Source of the DNA: Eledone cirrhosa
Lineage: Eukaryota
Reading direction: 5' to 3'
DNA length: 64,000 nt
NCBI GenBank assembly: GCA_964016885.1
Contig: OZ024755.1
Location: 24,304,001-24,368,000, forward strand
Each line of letters starts with the position of its first letter. Within the stretch, counting starts at the first letter, position 1. The translations under genes and the position numbers were made by a program. A model generated the notes under the pieces. The model was not told the DNA's origin. It ran no database searches and saw only the letters and a list, made by a program, of their open reading frames with translations. Of this stretch, positions 50,271 through 64,000 are shown piece by piece.

Positions 50271-50494
50271 AACTGGGGCTTTGAACAAAGTGGCCTTGAA
50301 AAAAGAAGGAGTGACCCATGTTTTGAACTGTGCCTGTGGCTCAAGATTCAACATGATTAATACTGATGAAGGATATTATGAGGATATTTCCATTAAATTT
50401 CTTGGTATTCCAGCTATGGATTTTCCAACATACAAACTCAATCAGTTTTTTCAAGTGGCAGCAGACTATATTGACCAGGTTCTTAAACATAAAG
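50271..50494 (+). CDS. DUSP3-like phosphatase, coding exon 4
   Basis: tttcAG acceptor, AAG|GTAATT donor; GVTHVLNCA...FLGIPAMD (general acid)...FFQVAADYID. Confidence 0.96.
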
Positions 50495-50886
50495 GTAATT
50501 TGATCTGTTATTTTCGTCTGTCTCTCCGCTCATCTGTCTACTTATTCATGCATCTATCTGTCTGTCTATCAGCCTGTCTGTCTGACATCCTGTCTATTGC
50601 TGTGTGTTTGTCTCTGTGTTTGTCTGCCTGTCTCTAATTGTCTGGCCTAATTGTCTGTCTATGTGCCATCCTGTCTGTCTGTCTATTTATCCAACCATCC
50701 AACGATCTATCTGAAGAAATTATTTCAATCTATATAAATCTCTCCTTTTCATTCTCTCACTTTCTTTCGCTCCATCAGAAGAAATTATTTCAATCTATAT
50801 AAATCTCTCTCTTTCTTTCTCTCTCCCTCATTTTTTATTTTTTAAATTAAAATTAAAATATCTGTATTTCTGCTATTATATTCCAG

Positions 50887-51083
50887 GTAAAGTGTTTGTC
50901 CATTGCCAGATGGGTGTGAGTCGGTCAGCATCTTTAGTAATAGCATTCCTCATGCTAAAACACAGAATGGATGTCATAGAAGCCGTTAGCATTCTGAAAA
51001 GCAAACGTGATATATTTCCCAATGATGGCTTTCTCAAACAGCTGTGTGTACTCAACCGAGAACTCCATGACTGCAACAGATAA
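50887..51083 (+). CDS. DUSP3-like phosphatase, final exon with catalytic loop
   Basis: ttccAG acceptor; KVFVHCQMGVSRSASLVIAFLM...R.IFPNDGFLKQL; TAA at 51081-83. The five exons sum to 693 nt (230 aa). Confidence 0.97.
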
Positions 51084-51427
51084 CTCAGTCTTGCTGCCAC
51101 TGAACAACAAATTTCCTTACTAACCAGGAGATGCCAATCATTTTTCTGTAAGTCTGTCTTCAAGAAACAATATTATTCTCTTATTTTGCTGACAATAATA
51201 GTTGCATACATATATAATTATATATTTGATGATGATGATGATGATATATATATTTGATGATGATTATATATATATTTGATGACGATGATGACGATATATA
51301 TATATATATATGATGACGATGATGATGATGATATATATTTGATGATGATGATATATATATATATTTGATGATGATGATGATGATATATATATATATATCA
51401 TCATATATATATATATATATATATATC

Positions 51428-51461
<34 letters not shown>

Positions 51462-51732
51462 GTGTGTGTATATACTTTCTCATACACATGCATGCAGGCA
51501 TATACGCATTACATACATAAACATATCTACAGTGTATACTGTTTATATATGCCAACTCCCTATTTTATGACTGAGAAGTTGGCAAAAATCTAAACCCCAT
51601 TTATAAGCTGAAACAGCAGCTGATAAACACCTTATGTTTAGATGATGCGGTTTTGAAATTCTCATATGTGGAGAATGTATTTATGAAATTTTGATATTTT
51701 GATATTTAAAATGTTTTAAGTGTTGTTTAGAG

Positions 51733-52072
51733 CAGGGGTCCCCAACCTTTTGGGTCCGCAGGCCGGATAGCCATGCACCGGTGGCTCCGCGGGCCAGATG
51801 TGCAATTAATACTTATATACAAATAAGTAATCATTTATTTATCCCTTATGTTAGATTTGAAACTAAATTCAATATTATACTTAGAACTGTCCCAAGCAGA
51901 AAAATACATTTAAACATTGTTTTATTCGGCAATATCGATAGATCGGGTGCGAATTTATTACAAACTGTACCCTTTTTAGAACCCTCGCGGGCAGGATAAA
52001 GGCCTTCGCGGGCCAGATTGAAACCCTTCACGAGCCGGATGTGGCCCGCGGGCCGGGGTTTGGGGACCCCTG
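51733..52072. mobile_element. Young hAT (Charlie-like) MITE, 340 bp
   Basis: TIRs CAGGGGTCCCCAA / TTGGGGACCCCTG; perfect TSD GTTTAGAG; CpGs retained. Confidence 0.95.
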
Positions 52073-52089
52073 GTTTAGAGTATAGTTTT

Positions 52090-52390
52090 TGTTTCACATC
52101 TCCGTCCGAGATGGTGTGCAGGAGAGAAGACTGCATTGGTATGGACATGTGATTCACATGGACAGTGACTGATGGGTGAAGAATTGCCAGGAAACCCCAG
52201 TGGAAGGAAGCTGCAGTAGAGCGTGACCAAGAAAGACCTGGGCAGATGTTGTGAGAGCTGAGCTCAAATCACTAAGACTGGAAGAGGAGATGACGAAGGA
52301 ATGTGACAAATGGAAAGAAGTCGTGCTGAGAAGGACTCGTCCAACCCATGCAAGCATAAAAAGTGGATGTAAAAACGATAATGATGATTA
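52090..52390 (+). mobile_element. RTE LINE 3' end
   Basis: RRLHWYGHV...R.RKTW, (GAT)n tail. Confidence 0.8.
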
Positions 52391-52949
52391 CGTAATGATT
52401 TTTTTATCAGCCTGTCTCTTGTCCTTAATGGTTCTATCCATTTTGATGTTCCACCATCAGGTCACCTTCTATGAGGCAGGTGCTTGCCATATCCACAAGT
52501 TTTGTCAGAAGCCTGCTATAGGTTGCCAAATAGAAACTTCCAGTTGTCCTCTGTCATATGTATCTAACTTTTCCCTCCTTTTGTCATATGGATCCTGTAG
52601 AGCTTTTCGTAACCTATATTTCACAGAAAGATCCTTTAGCCTCCATACTTTCCTCCTCCAGATTTTCCTGCATTTCTTGTTCAGTATTATGGAGCCCATG
52701 TCTACCTCAGTACACTGTGTAAAGTGATAGTGCTGGTACCATGTTAAAATGCACTCAATACACTTTGTAGAGTGTTAGTGCCTATGCTATACAAAGTGTA
52801 TCCACTATATCATGTAAAGTGGTTGGTCTTAGGAAGAGCATCCAACTGTAGAAACCATGGCAAATATAGAATATATCTTCTTGTCGTGTCCACAAGAGTG
52901 TCAGTTACAAAGCTTTGCTAGATGTGGTTCTGTCACAGCTGAACACATT

Positions 52950-53225
52950 GCTGTCCTTTATCATTAAACTCTGCCAAGTCCAATGCTGTGCAGGGGTGTT
53001 CCAGCAGGAGTCATATCAGGAGGTGTTGTGTAGTTTGTGGTTCGATGCCGCAGTCAAACACAATGACCCCATCATTTAAATATCCCCATTTTACAAGATT
53101 GACTTTTGCACGTCCAGCACTAGATCTTAGTCTGCCTAGGCATTTCCACACTGCTTAGTTTGTATCTGCTCCAGGGGGTAGTGCCTCGCTTGCCTTTAGC
53201 TCCATTGTTGTTACAGATGGGAGGC
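52950..53225 (-). mobile_element. Ingi/Vingi-like LINE C-terminal remnant
   Basis: Reverse translation LPPGAD..VWKCLGRLRSSAGRAKVNLVKWGY....DCGIEPQTTQHLL. Confidence 0.75.
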
Positions 53226-54128
53226 TGTTAACTTTTTCTTCCCAACGAATATATGAGTAAAACATAGTCCCTCTTTACTATCTAGACTTGGTCCATGACC
53301 ACCTGTCTGACCCATGCAGGTGTGGAATGTGGACATAAAAGGATGATGATGACTTTTGTATTTTTTTAATGTTTTTTTTTTTACAAAAGTTGCTTTTGAT
53401 GAAATATATTTTTTTTATATTCCAGGCCCTGCATGTGCCAGCAGCTGTGGCTTTTGTCCCGAGAGACAATCTACTAATGCATGATGCACTCAGTAATCTG
53501 TTACTAGCTGCACAATATTTCTTTCCAGTTGCTGCTGAGATGCACTTGGTCCACTGCATGGCTAAGTAATCAAAAATATCTTTGTTAGTTTCTATTATTT
53601 TTAAAGAAACCATTATTTTATTTCTAAACACGATATTATTATCTTGCATATGTTGCACTTTACATTGAAAATATTCCTGCTAATAATGGCACAATTTGAA
53701 GAATGCTTGAAGCACAAGATGGCAAAGGTAATTATTTTAAATTTGCAATGCATTGTAAGATCTCCTTCCCTCCCTCTCTTTCTATGTGTGTGTAGGATAT
53801 CCTTAGTTAAAACTATGCTGAATCTGTTGCTGGAGAGCTTATTTAGTATAATAAAACTGGACCCTGAAACCTTGGTCGCACATACATGTTAAGTGTATGA
53901 AATTTTTATCATACTATATATATGTGTATATATAGTTAAAATGTTAAGGCGATATCCTTCCTGACATCTTCACCTTTTATCTATAATCTTTGTTTTGTAT
54001 AGAACTACACCCTCGCTCTTTTTCAACTATATATATCTATATCTATATCTATATATATAGATATAGATATATATATACATATTTATATATATATATGTAT
54101 ATATATATATACATATTTATATATATAT

Positions 54129-54520
54129 GGAGGCACATGGCTTAGTGGTTAGAGCATTGGCCTTGCAATCGAAAGGTTGTGAGTTCAATTCTGAGACCGG
54201 GTGATGTGTTGTTTCCTTGAGCAAGACACTTTATTTCACATTGCTCCAGTTTACTCAGCTGTAGAAATGAGATGATAGGGACTGGGTTCCCTATCACTCC
54301 ACTGCAAAATGGACGTGTAGGTGCCACGGCAAAAAAGTGCCCAGCACTCACTGTAAATGTGGTTGGTGTTAGGAAGGGCATCCAGCTGTAGAAAACCCGC
54401 CAGACAGTCCTATGCGAGCAAGACAATCACTCTTGCCTCAAGTGGGAAAACTCCCGTCCAAACCCATGCAAGCGTGGAACACGGACGTTAAACGATGATG
54501 ATGAGGATGATGATGATGAT
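54129..54520 (+). mobile_element. Full-length tRNA-CORE SINE with RTE-derived tail
   Basis: A and B boxes, ccttgagcaagacac core, RTE 3'UTR and (GAT)n tail; inserted in (TA)n. Confidence 0.92.
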
Positions 54521-55489
54521 ATATATGTATATATGTATTTAAAGGATTTACACAAGTCCAGCCTCCTGTCATTTTATTATAATTATTATATATATATACA
54601 TATATATACACATATACACATATATACATATATACATATAATGGGGTTCACATCTCATTTACATATGGTTCCACGTTCTACCAAGTGTATTTTATTGTGG
54701 CACCAACACTAGAGAGGTTGTCATGTCATTGACACAGGTAAAAATTATACCCAACCCTTTGTTATTTTATGGCTGGATACCCTTCTTAATACCAACTACT
54801 TAACAGGGTGCCCCAGGTGATGTATTTTATCATTGAACCAACACTAAGAAGGTTGTCAGTCATAAATTTGATTGGAAGGCCCTTTCTACCCTATTGGAGG
54901 GTGTGTGTGGGATGGTGGATGCGGTAAAGAGGATAATCATATCACGAGTAAGTGACAAGAGGTGGGAGGAGGTAGAATGATAAGGTGGGAATGACAAGGG
55001 GGTGTATAACAGATATGTGGGGTTCACTCTGCTCTGATTTTTTGCTTCTATATTTTACTGAATCATAATTTTATGTAAGAACCATTAAACCTTTTCTGAC
55101 CATATTTCTAATGACATACACTAAAATTATTAACTATTCCATTACAATGGTATTTGTAATATACTATAACTAGAGACTCTTTTGCCAAATTATGTTGAAA
55201 GGTTTTACTTTAAATAGGACAATTCTTTTTATGTTGGGTTTTGTTTTATAGAACCAGAGCCGGTTCGAGGCAGGTTGGTATGAAAAGGGATAAGTTTTGT
55301 TTCAAACACCAACTTAATAATGAGAAAGTTTGTGTTAATCAGAGTGGTATAAATTCCCATTGGAAATTTCAAGATTCAAGATTAACAATCAGGAACCTGT
55401 GTAAAAAAGGAAAAACAACAACATTAATTTATAATATCATCTCATGTTGTTTTTAAAACATCAGATAGATGTTGTCTCATGATTTGGTG

Positions 55490-55645
55490 GGCAGAATGAT
55501 AAATGTTTTATCCCAGAAGATAGTAAGGGAAATACATTGAAAGAACTGGTTCATTTCATGACTCTCATTCTTGTAGATGGCCATCTTCATATCAATTGTA
55601 CCAAGTAGAGAAGTGATGCCAGCTGTTTCCACTGCTATGTCTTAT
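55490..55645 (-). mobile_element. Old CRE-like 3' end fragment
   Basis: Reverse translation IAVETAG...ESHEMNQFFQCISLTIFWDKTFIIL parallels 17636-17745. Confidence 0.6.
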
Positions 55646-56800
55646 ATATGGTATAATTTACCAAAATAAATGTATTTTTAATACAAATTTTAATCTCGCA
55701 AAATCTATGATATTGATAGATAAATGAATATTTTATCTGGGTGTTAAACTTTCATGATAATATTAAATTTTACAATGACATAAACACCATAAGAGGATAG
55801 TATAACTAGAATTGATTAAGAAAGCTAATTTCGGTTGAAACAGACAAAAGGTTACTAACCATGTACAGAAAGACAAAAAAATGTTTGGGTTATACTTTGA
55901 AAGAAGTAAATATAATTTTATTTTCAGGAATTAACGTTATTTCACTTTGGAAGGGCAGATAACTCTTCAAAGATTTTGTGTTGATTGGAGACCTAATGTG
56001 TCTATTAGTAGTTATTATTTCTCTAGTGTATATAGACATTTTACAGATGACTTCATCTTTAACCTACTTTATAATAAAATCTATATCATTACTTAAATCT
56101 ATACCAGCATTTTTAAAAGACAGGTTACCTCCCTTAACATATGTGTGTGTGTATATATATATAAAGAATAAAGATTAACAAAGATTTTAATTAAATCATT
56201 TAATTGATTTATGACCATTACATTATACTAACATGAAAATTCCATTCCTGTTAGAATAAGCTCATTAGACTTGATTAAATACAAATAATATATATCTTAC
56301 ATGTTCATGAATTCAAATGGAAAAGCGAAAAATGTAAACAATACCATTCAAATATTGTTGGGAAAATCTTAAAATTTATGGAAACCTAAAGATGTAATTA
56401 AAATTTACCAGTGATAAAAAGTAAGATATAACGTTCAGTAAATATAGATATTTTATACACTGATACATATATACTACTCTCTAAGTTAGAGTTAGCGGTA
56501 TACAACTAGAACAAATAAGTTCAATTACACTTAATTGAAGTTATAAAATTAATATTAATAGAATATATTAAGAAAACAAGAAAAAAATATGAAAGTATAC
56601 AACAGTAATAAATATATCTATAATAAATCAAGATTTAGTGACTAAGAAACTTGTAACTTTAGATGTATTAACAGAGGAGACTATTTTCAGAATAAAATAG
56701 TGATTATAATATAGTATAAATATTTAAAAAATCAGACACATTCATACATATATATACACCCAAAAATATACACACATAAATATTATATATATATATATAT

Positions 56801-56985
56801 ATAGGAAAAGAGTCAGGACCCCGACAGCTGAGCTCCGGCCGTTTCGACAGCCAGATCTGGAGTTCGGATATGGCTGTCAAAATGGCCAGGGCTCAGCTGT
56901 CGGGGTCCTGACACTTTTCCTATTACCCTAAGTATCGAGTATTCTGGTGCATTATGGTCCACCTGGTATCTTACTACACTTTCTC
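56801..56985. mobile_element. Fold-back element, second family member
   Basis: 123-nt imperfect palindrome (56801-56923) plus a tail homologous to 7804-7880. Confidence 0.85.
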
Positions 56986-57431
56986 TGTTCTTTATATATA
57001 TATATATATATAATTAGGTGATTCAGTAGATTTGTGGTTTACTGAGGAAGGAAACAATGTTACCACTTATTGCTATAGCAGATTGTGTATATTAAAAACA
57101 AAACAAGGTTTACATTTAGGTTTTTTTAAATTTGGGTCAGCTATGAATGTTTCACAGATGGGTGGCTCAGGATCCATATTAATGTTATCTACATAACTCA
57201 AGCTCCAATCTGCTCATCAGACTTTCTAATCAGGCAAAATCAATTTGAGGCCATCCCAATTCAAACTGGGAAGCTTGCTTACTCATGACCATACACACTG
57301 CACAAAACCTACACACAACAATTACACATACAGAGGCATATATATATGTGTGTGTATGTATATTATATTTATAGTATATGTGTATATGTATATATATGCA
57401 TATATGTGTATATGTATATATATGCATTAAT

Positions 57432-57775
57432 GGAGGCACATGGCTTAGTGGTTAGAGCATTGGCCTTGCAATCGAAAGGTTGTGAGTTCAATTCTCAGAC
57501 CGGGTGATGTGTTGTTTCCTTGAGCAAGACACTTTATTTCACATTGCTCCAGTTTACTCAGCTGTAGAAATGAGATGATAGGGACTGGGATCCATATCAT
57601 TCCACTGCAAAGTGGTCGTGGAGGTGCCACGACAAAAAAGCACCCAGCACTCACTGTAAATGAGGGTGGTGTTAGGAAGGGCATCCAGCTGTAGAAATCA
57701 AGCCAGAATCAGTTCTCGTCCCACCCTTGCAAGCAGGGAAAAATGGACGTAAAATGATGATGATGATGATGATGA
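57432..57775 (+). mobile_element. Full-length tRNA-CORE SINE with RTE-derived tail
   Basis: Head near-identical to the 54129 copy. Confidence 0.92.
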
Positions 57776-57927
57776 TATATATATATGTATATATTTATAT
57801 TATATGTATCATCATCATCATCATCATTTTATGTCCGCTTTTCCCTGCTTGCAATAAACGTAATGAAGGAATAACCATTCATTCTTGTTGTATTATATAT
57901 ATATATATAATACAACAAGGACGAATT

Positions 57928-58010
57928 GTGACTGTGTTTCGCTATTGATCAGCTCAAGGTTCGATCTGTATCGATCTAGCCCGACTCTGTAATCAATGGC
58001 TCATCGGACG
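57928..58010 (-). ncRNA. Hammerhead ribozyme relic with long stem II (U4C mutation)
   Basis: GU CCGAUGA GCCAUUGAUU...GAUCAAUAGC GAAA C-ACA-GUC AC; GUC cleavage triplet retained. Confidence 0.6.
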
Positions 58011-59228
58011 TTTGTGGTAGTAATGACATAATATATCATCATCATCATCATCACCGTTTTACGTCCGTTCTTCCACGCTAGCATGGGTTAGACGGGTTGT
58101 CCTGTTGTGGGCAGTGTCTGGTCGGCTGACCATGCCTTGCTCATACAGGAACTGATCTGGCTTGATTTCTACAGCTGGATGCCCTTCCTAACACCAACCT
58201 CATTTACAGTGTGGGGCTGGGTGCTTTTTCGTGGCGCCTACACGTCCACTTTACAGTGTGGGCTGGGTGCTTTTTTGCCGTGGCACCTCCACGACCACCT
58301 TGCGGTGGGGGGGGGGGGAGGCAAATTGTTTATATGCTTCAGCATGTACCCATGGGAGGTCGGGTACCCTGTATTACTGCGTGACGCCAGAAGTCACGGT
58401 CGTGTGTCATTGACTTTGAGAGGTGTAGTTGGGTAAGGTATATATATATATATAAGCTTTTGCCGTATTTTTTACTAAAGAAATGTTAGTGTGATAGCGG
58501 GGTTTAAAACCTTCTAAAAATGGAAAAGAATGAGCATTGACTACTCATCCTTTCCACTGAATTTCAAACTTCACTTGCTGTCTTCAAAACAGTTTTGATT
58601 AGTAATGAAAATCAGTGAAACTTCAAAGTAAACAATCACCATATATAATATTATATTGACTCTATAAACTGTATATAAGTCCTTAATTCAGTACATGTTT
58701 AGTGTATTTATCACACAAACCCCTAAAACAAGTTTTGTTGTTATTTTTATATGTCATCATCAGTTTTTAAAAAAAGAAACTTTTCATTGCTATTCAATAA
58801 AATTATTTCTATATTTTCTCCCCATTTCAATTACAAGTTATATATATAATTTATTTTTACTATATATTCTTAATTTTGAAGCGAATACATTTCCCAATAA
58901 TTCCTAACGTTTTGTCAAATTTATCAAAATACTTAGTATCCTGTCAACAAACTTTGACTAATTCCAGCATGTAATGGTTTATCAGAGTATCTACTGCCTT
59001 TTTCAGAAATTATGCTGACTATGCATTTTATTTTGTGAAATATCAAGAAACCTACTGCCATGCTCTAAAAGCTCCTCCTCATTTATCCACTATCCTCACT
59101 GCCTTTTATAAGTCTATTTTCCACAGAGAAAAACATATCCACAAAAAAATATATTTTATCTTGGAAAGATCATGCTGTCAATCAAAATGAATTGTTTGAG
59201 TTTCACTTCAGTTTTATTATGTAATTAA

Positions 59229-59417
59229 CCTTTTAGCATTTACATTACTCTATATAAACTATTGTATTTTCACATAATATCGAATCTATGAGACTTTGAT
59301 ATTATTTATTTTAAGAACAATAACTTAATATCAGTATAAGCGGCCAGTTACAGCCAGTTTGAGCAGAGAGAGGTGAGAGAATTCTGGTCGGATATGGCCA
59401 GTTTAAATGTTAAAGGG
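59229..59417. mobile_element. piggyBac-type MITE
   Basis: TTAA-flanked; homologous to 33514-33731. Confidence 0.85.
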
Positions 59418-59967
59418 TTAATCTTCCAATTAATTAACTGTCAAAGTTCTTTCATCATAGACTGTGAGCTTATTAATGACTATTACCCACTTGTCTCCTC
59501 TTCATCTGCATTTACTCCATCTTTTTTATATTTTATCCTGAACCTTCATTTTTTTGTTTTTGTCAATCAGCTTCTCCATTTTTTTTTTTGTCTTCATCAC
59601 AACTTTGTCTACCATTTTAATGTTGAATCTTAATAATTCACGTGTTCAGTAGCTCTGATAATGTATTTATGACAAATCAATGACTTATTGTTTGGCTGTT
59701 AAATACCATATTAATAAATTAGAAATAGCGCCAACACAACATGATTAGAAAAAGATATAAAAACCAATACACAATATATTTATATTTAATATACATACTT
59801 GCTGGGAGTATTTTAAGCTGAGATCATATCACAAACACCTAAGTAGTATTAGAACATTCTTACACTAGTACTCAGGGAGTTGTCATATTGTCTCAGTTTT
59901 AAATACTTGCAGGAGACAACATATATATTTTTATGGGTCTATATTGATATTCTTTTTCTTCTCTCAC

Positions 59968-60240
59968 TTATTCCTGGGAGGGTCATGGGGAAGAGTCCTC
60001 AAACACACCTTCCAGCAGGTCCTATCAAAAGCAACCATCTCCAATTGACTCAACTGGATACCCAAGCATGATAAGCTAAGCTCATGGATGTTATCTACCC
60101 ATCTAACTCAGGGTCTACCTCTGGATCTCCTGCCAGTTGGTTTTGTCCATAAAATCTGTCCAGCAATTCTTTCCTTAGGCATTATAACCTCATGTATGTA
60201 GTATCTGAGCTGTGACCTCTCAATTTGTAGAAGTAGCAAC
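59968..60240 (-). mobile_element. RTE LINE 3' fragment
   Basis: Diverged copy of 4626-4900. Confidence 0.8.
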
Positions 60241-60755
60241 TACCTTCTTGTTTATTGGGTGAGATGTTTATTTAGTTGACTTATTCTAGTGCTGTTAGTG
60301 AAATCATCATTAGATTACTTATAGGTACATTTCATCAACTCCTCGAGAATAAAATATGGAAGTCAATCTCTGAGAAGTGAAATCACAAGATTGCGGATTC
60401 AGAAGACAAATCCATTAGATTTGCTTAATTTTCCTTTATTTGAGGTCAATAAAAAAAAAAAAAAAAAAAAATCTCGACTCAAGTCTTGTAGAATATGAAT
60501 TCAGTATGTCACAGTAAAAAACTATACGCACACATATTTCTATCGCATTTTTTATTATCTGATTATATATATATAATTAATAAAAAAGAAGAGAGACAGT
60601 ATTATGTATACATCCTCTGTTTATTACATCAACATCAAAGTGGTTGTATCTGATACCATATAGGTAATACCTTAAGATACCCATGTCATGGAGTGCTTAC
60701 GTCTGTTTACACTACAGTTGGTCAATTGCTTGATCAACCTACGCTTTTTACTTGG

Positions 60756-60811
<56 letters not shown>

Positions 60812-60881
60812 GGAAAGCAACGAACCTGTTGCTTAAGAATATTTATATTTACCTTAAATATTTATATTATATTAAGCTTAA

Positions 60882-61072
60882 GGGGCAGTGGATTGGCAGT
60901 ATTGGTAGAGGGTCGGACACCATGCTTTGCAGCATAGAGTTACGGCCCTTGCCATTCTGAGTTCAAATCCCACCAAGGTTAACTTTGCCTTTCATCCTTA
61001 CAGGGTCGATAAAATAAAGTACCAGTAATGTACTGGGTGATTGCTGGCCTTGTGCCAAAAGTAGAAACAATT
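60882..61072 (+). mobile_element. Full-length tRNA-derived CORE-type SINE
   Basis: A-box tggcagtattggtaga, B-box gagttcaaatccc, gtcgataaaataaagtaccagt core. Confidence 0.9.
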
Positions 61073-63234
61073 ATATTAAGCTTTTATCTTTTATGTCACA
61101 ATTATAAATATTAAAAAGAAAATTGTATTTTTATTACAGACAGATACACACGTCTCCTTCAGTGCCATCAACAATATTTTAGTATTTTACTGTCGTATGC
61201 CAAGATTACATATTAATTTTTGTATTTTCAAAAAAATTGTTAAATATAAACTAAAAGAAAAATTTTCATCAAATTTGTTTTATATTATTTTTCTAGTCCT
61301 ATGCTTCACAAACTAAACTAAAACACATCCATACATAGGTAGGAGATAAAAGATATAACAATATGTCTTTGGAAGAAATATAATTAATAAATATAATTAA
61401 GCCAGTTATATTTGTTAAGTATAATTGCTATAATTTTCATTAAAACCTTGATTACATTTAAAAGATTATCTTTGTATTTGGGAGGTAAATGACATACATG
61501 CCCCTTGATTTTTGGCATTAAAAAAAATAAATAAAATAACTCGTAAACTGAAGAGTTTCTTTTGTAAAAACAAAATTTATATTTGTATTCTATTTTGTTT
61601 ATTTGGCAATAAAGTTCCTTGACTTTTGATTATTCATGTTTGTTAACCCTTTATATATGGGTTCAATTACTTACAGGTGCCTCTGTCTAAATTTTTCTGT
61701 TTCCAGGACTTTACCTGATTTTTATCAACTGTCATTTATATCTAACTATTATTATGGTCATTTGCATTATGACACACACATTTCAAAAAATATAATTTTA
61801 AAATATTACTATAAATTGTGGTGTACAAATCAGCATGGTATACATGTCAACCTGATGATTCTTGACTCAAATTTGTATGTTAGGATGATATCTGTCCTAT
61901 AGTGTGCTCTACAAAACATATAAGGTCTATGCGGATTATTTTCATTGATAGCTGTCTTCCTAAGACAGCTAGATGTTCTATATTATATATATAGGAAAAT
62001 ATTATATAGGAAAACATAGTCGTATACCTATAAAATACCTAACTAAGCTGTACTCATTAAGGATGGCCTTGGAGTTGTTTTTTAATTATTATCATATATC
62101 TGGTAATCTATTTGTTAAATATTTTAAATACATTCACCAAACTCAAGTTAAAATAGGAAATATTTATGGAATCTTGTTGAAGTTATATTAAGATGTACAC
62201 AATAATTGTTAGAGGCTGTGTCAACTTGTTCAGCAGTAAGGATTCACATTTTATCTTCATCCTGTGCGTCAACTGTTAGTTTTGGAGAGAATTTTCAGGC
62301 TTAAATAGTCAACTTGTATGCTACAGTTTACTGTAATTTTCATGATCGTTTTTGCAACTTTAGTAACATTTTCAAATATTTAGTGTAGCTAAAGGGTTAA
62401 ACTGCCATAAGTTTGCACATATATTTAAAAAACATACATATATATATCTAATGTTCCTGGATGAAAATTATATTTCATAATCATCAACATTTAACGTCTG
62501 TTTTCCATACGAACAAGGGTTGGACAGGCTGTAGTACATAATTGGTACTACTGACCTCTCAGATGGGTTGGGGGTCTTGCATCTCATATATTTCAGCATT
62601 CTGTAGAGTTCACTGGGTGCATTCTATCATGGCACCCATACTAGGGAGCTTATCATGTCTTTGAAACAACTGAAGAGTTGTCTTGACCCTTTGTTTGGCT
62701 AGCTCTCTATGACTGGATGCTCTTCTTATCGCCCACCATTTTACAGTGTGTACTAGATGCATTTATTGTGTAGATCACCAACAGTAGAGAAATTGTTGGG
62801 CCCTTGATACAACTGAATGGTTTTCTTAACCCTTTGCTGGGATAGTTTCTACAGCTGAATGTCCTTCCTATCACCAACCATTTTACGGGGTGTACTGGGT
62901 GCATTTTACATGGCATCAAAACTATATTTGTTAAATGTAATTGGTGTATTTCATTAAAAATCTGATTATATTTTAAGAATTTCCTTTGTATTTGTGAAAA
63001 ACAAACAAAAAAAAACAATAATTTGGTATAAAATGTATTCTATTTTTCTTCTAAAGATTGAATTTTTTAAATAATGATAGAAAACACTTGTATATTTACT
63101 TCCAGACATTTACTTAATATTTTTCATAAATCTTCTTTTTTTATATAATTAACTGGATTTAACAATGTAATGAAATTCTGAATTTGTAGCAGAAATTATT
63201 CATAAAAATAAATCTGATTTATTAACTCTTAATG

Positions 63235-63660
63235 TCTTGTACTACATGAAATCACATTAACAAAACCTTCTTGAAAAGTAAACCATAACTATAACTATAT
63301 CACATTAATAATTTAAGTCATTATTCTAATATTGCAAATTTTCCCTACAATCTGTCCACTAGTAAAGATACTGCAAATATTTTAATTAACTGACTGCATG
63401 AAACTACACTAGCAAGACATTCTTGAAAAGAAAACCATGACTATGATTGTATTACATTAAAAATTTAAGTCATTACTCTAATATTATAAATTTTCACAAC
63501 AATCTGTCAACTAGTAAGGATACTGCAAACATTTCAATTAACTGACTGCAAGACATTCTTGTAAAGTACTATTACTATTTCTATATCACATTAAAAATGA
63601 AAGTCTACTACAAAATTTCAGAATGATCAGTAGTAAATACTATACAAATTTGAACTAGTA
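63235..63660. repeat. Degenerate ~160-bp tandem repeat (~2.5 copies)
   Basis: cttgaaaag..aaaccat..ctat...cacattaa..atttaagtcatta.tctaatatt...caatctgtc.actagtaa.gatactgcaaa is repeated. Confidence 0.8.
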
Positions 63661-64000
63661 GAAAATATCCAAAAACTGGTTTGTGAATTCATTACAGGAC
63701 ATTAAGAGTTAACATTTTGTGTGCAGGAATGGAATAAAAATTGATTATTTTATATATTTACCAAGATGAATATTTAAACAACGTATTTATAACAAATTTG
63801 ATATTTTGTAATTTTCATTAAAAATTATTTCCCTCCCTCTCTGTAACTAACTATGTCATGCCCTGGACCCTAAACTCCTGGTGGTATCGTGTGTTGATGT
63901 TACACACAGCGTGTCTTGGGTATTTTAGTTCTGGCAGAGCCTATCACTTTCCAGTTTGGAATACTCAACCACAACAAGATTCAAACTCAAAATATAAAGA

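Noticed and set aside
53369-53569. Exon-like segment after a ttccag acceptor (ALHVPAAVAF...YFFPVAAEM)
   Set aside because: It lies downstream of the DUSP stop and more resembles a decayed CRE C-terminus (F.PVA.E); too weak to call either way.
54129-54200. tRNA genes at SINE heads
   Set aside because: A and B boxes are present but there is no complete cloverleaf, and the sequence continues into SINE core and LINE tail.

Overview
AT-rich, intron-rich eukaryotic DNA, not prokaryotic. The tRNA/CORE-type SINE families and RTE tails resemble those described from octopods, so a cephalopod source is inferred. Most ORF-track entries are artefacts of microsatellites or decayed repeats. One complete protein-coding gene can be assembled on the + strand: a 5-exon, 230-aa DUSP3/VHR-like dual-specificity phosphatase (22994-51083) with all intron phases compatible and an intact HCxxGxSRS motif. 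A probable first coding exon of a second gene lies on the - strand (3862-3918). Transposon content includes a full-length decayed mariner, a decayed hAT transposase, hAT and piggyBac MITEs with target-site duplications (TSDs), two Helitron-like elements, CRE-, RTE-, Ingi/Vingi- and Penelope-like retroelement relics, many SINEs, minisatellites and a telomere-like tract. Two things stand out. First, a 7-unit, ~0.75-1 kb-period tandem array (9.26-15.13 kb) whose units each carry a pre-miRNA-like hairpin next to a second hairpin with a compensatory base-pair change; this is a candidate structured-ncRNA/miRNA cluster. Second, a set of hammerhead-ribozyme relics and fold-back palindromes that may derive from them. 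No CRISPR array, rRNA or bona fide tRNA gene is supported.
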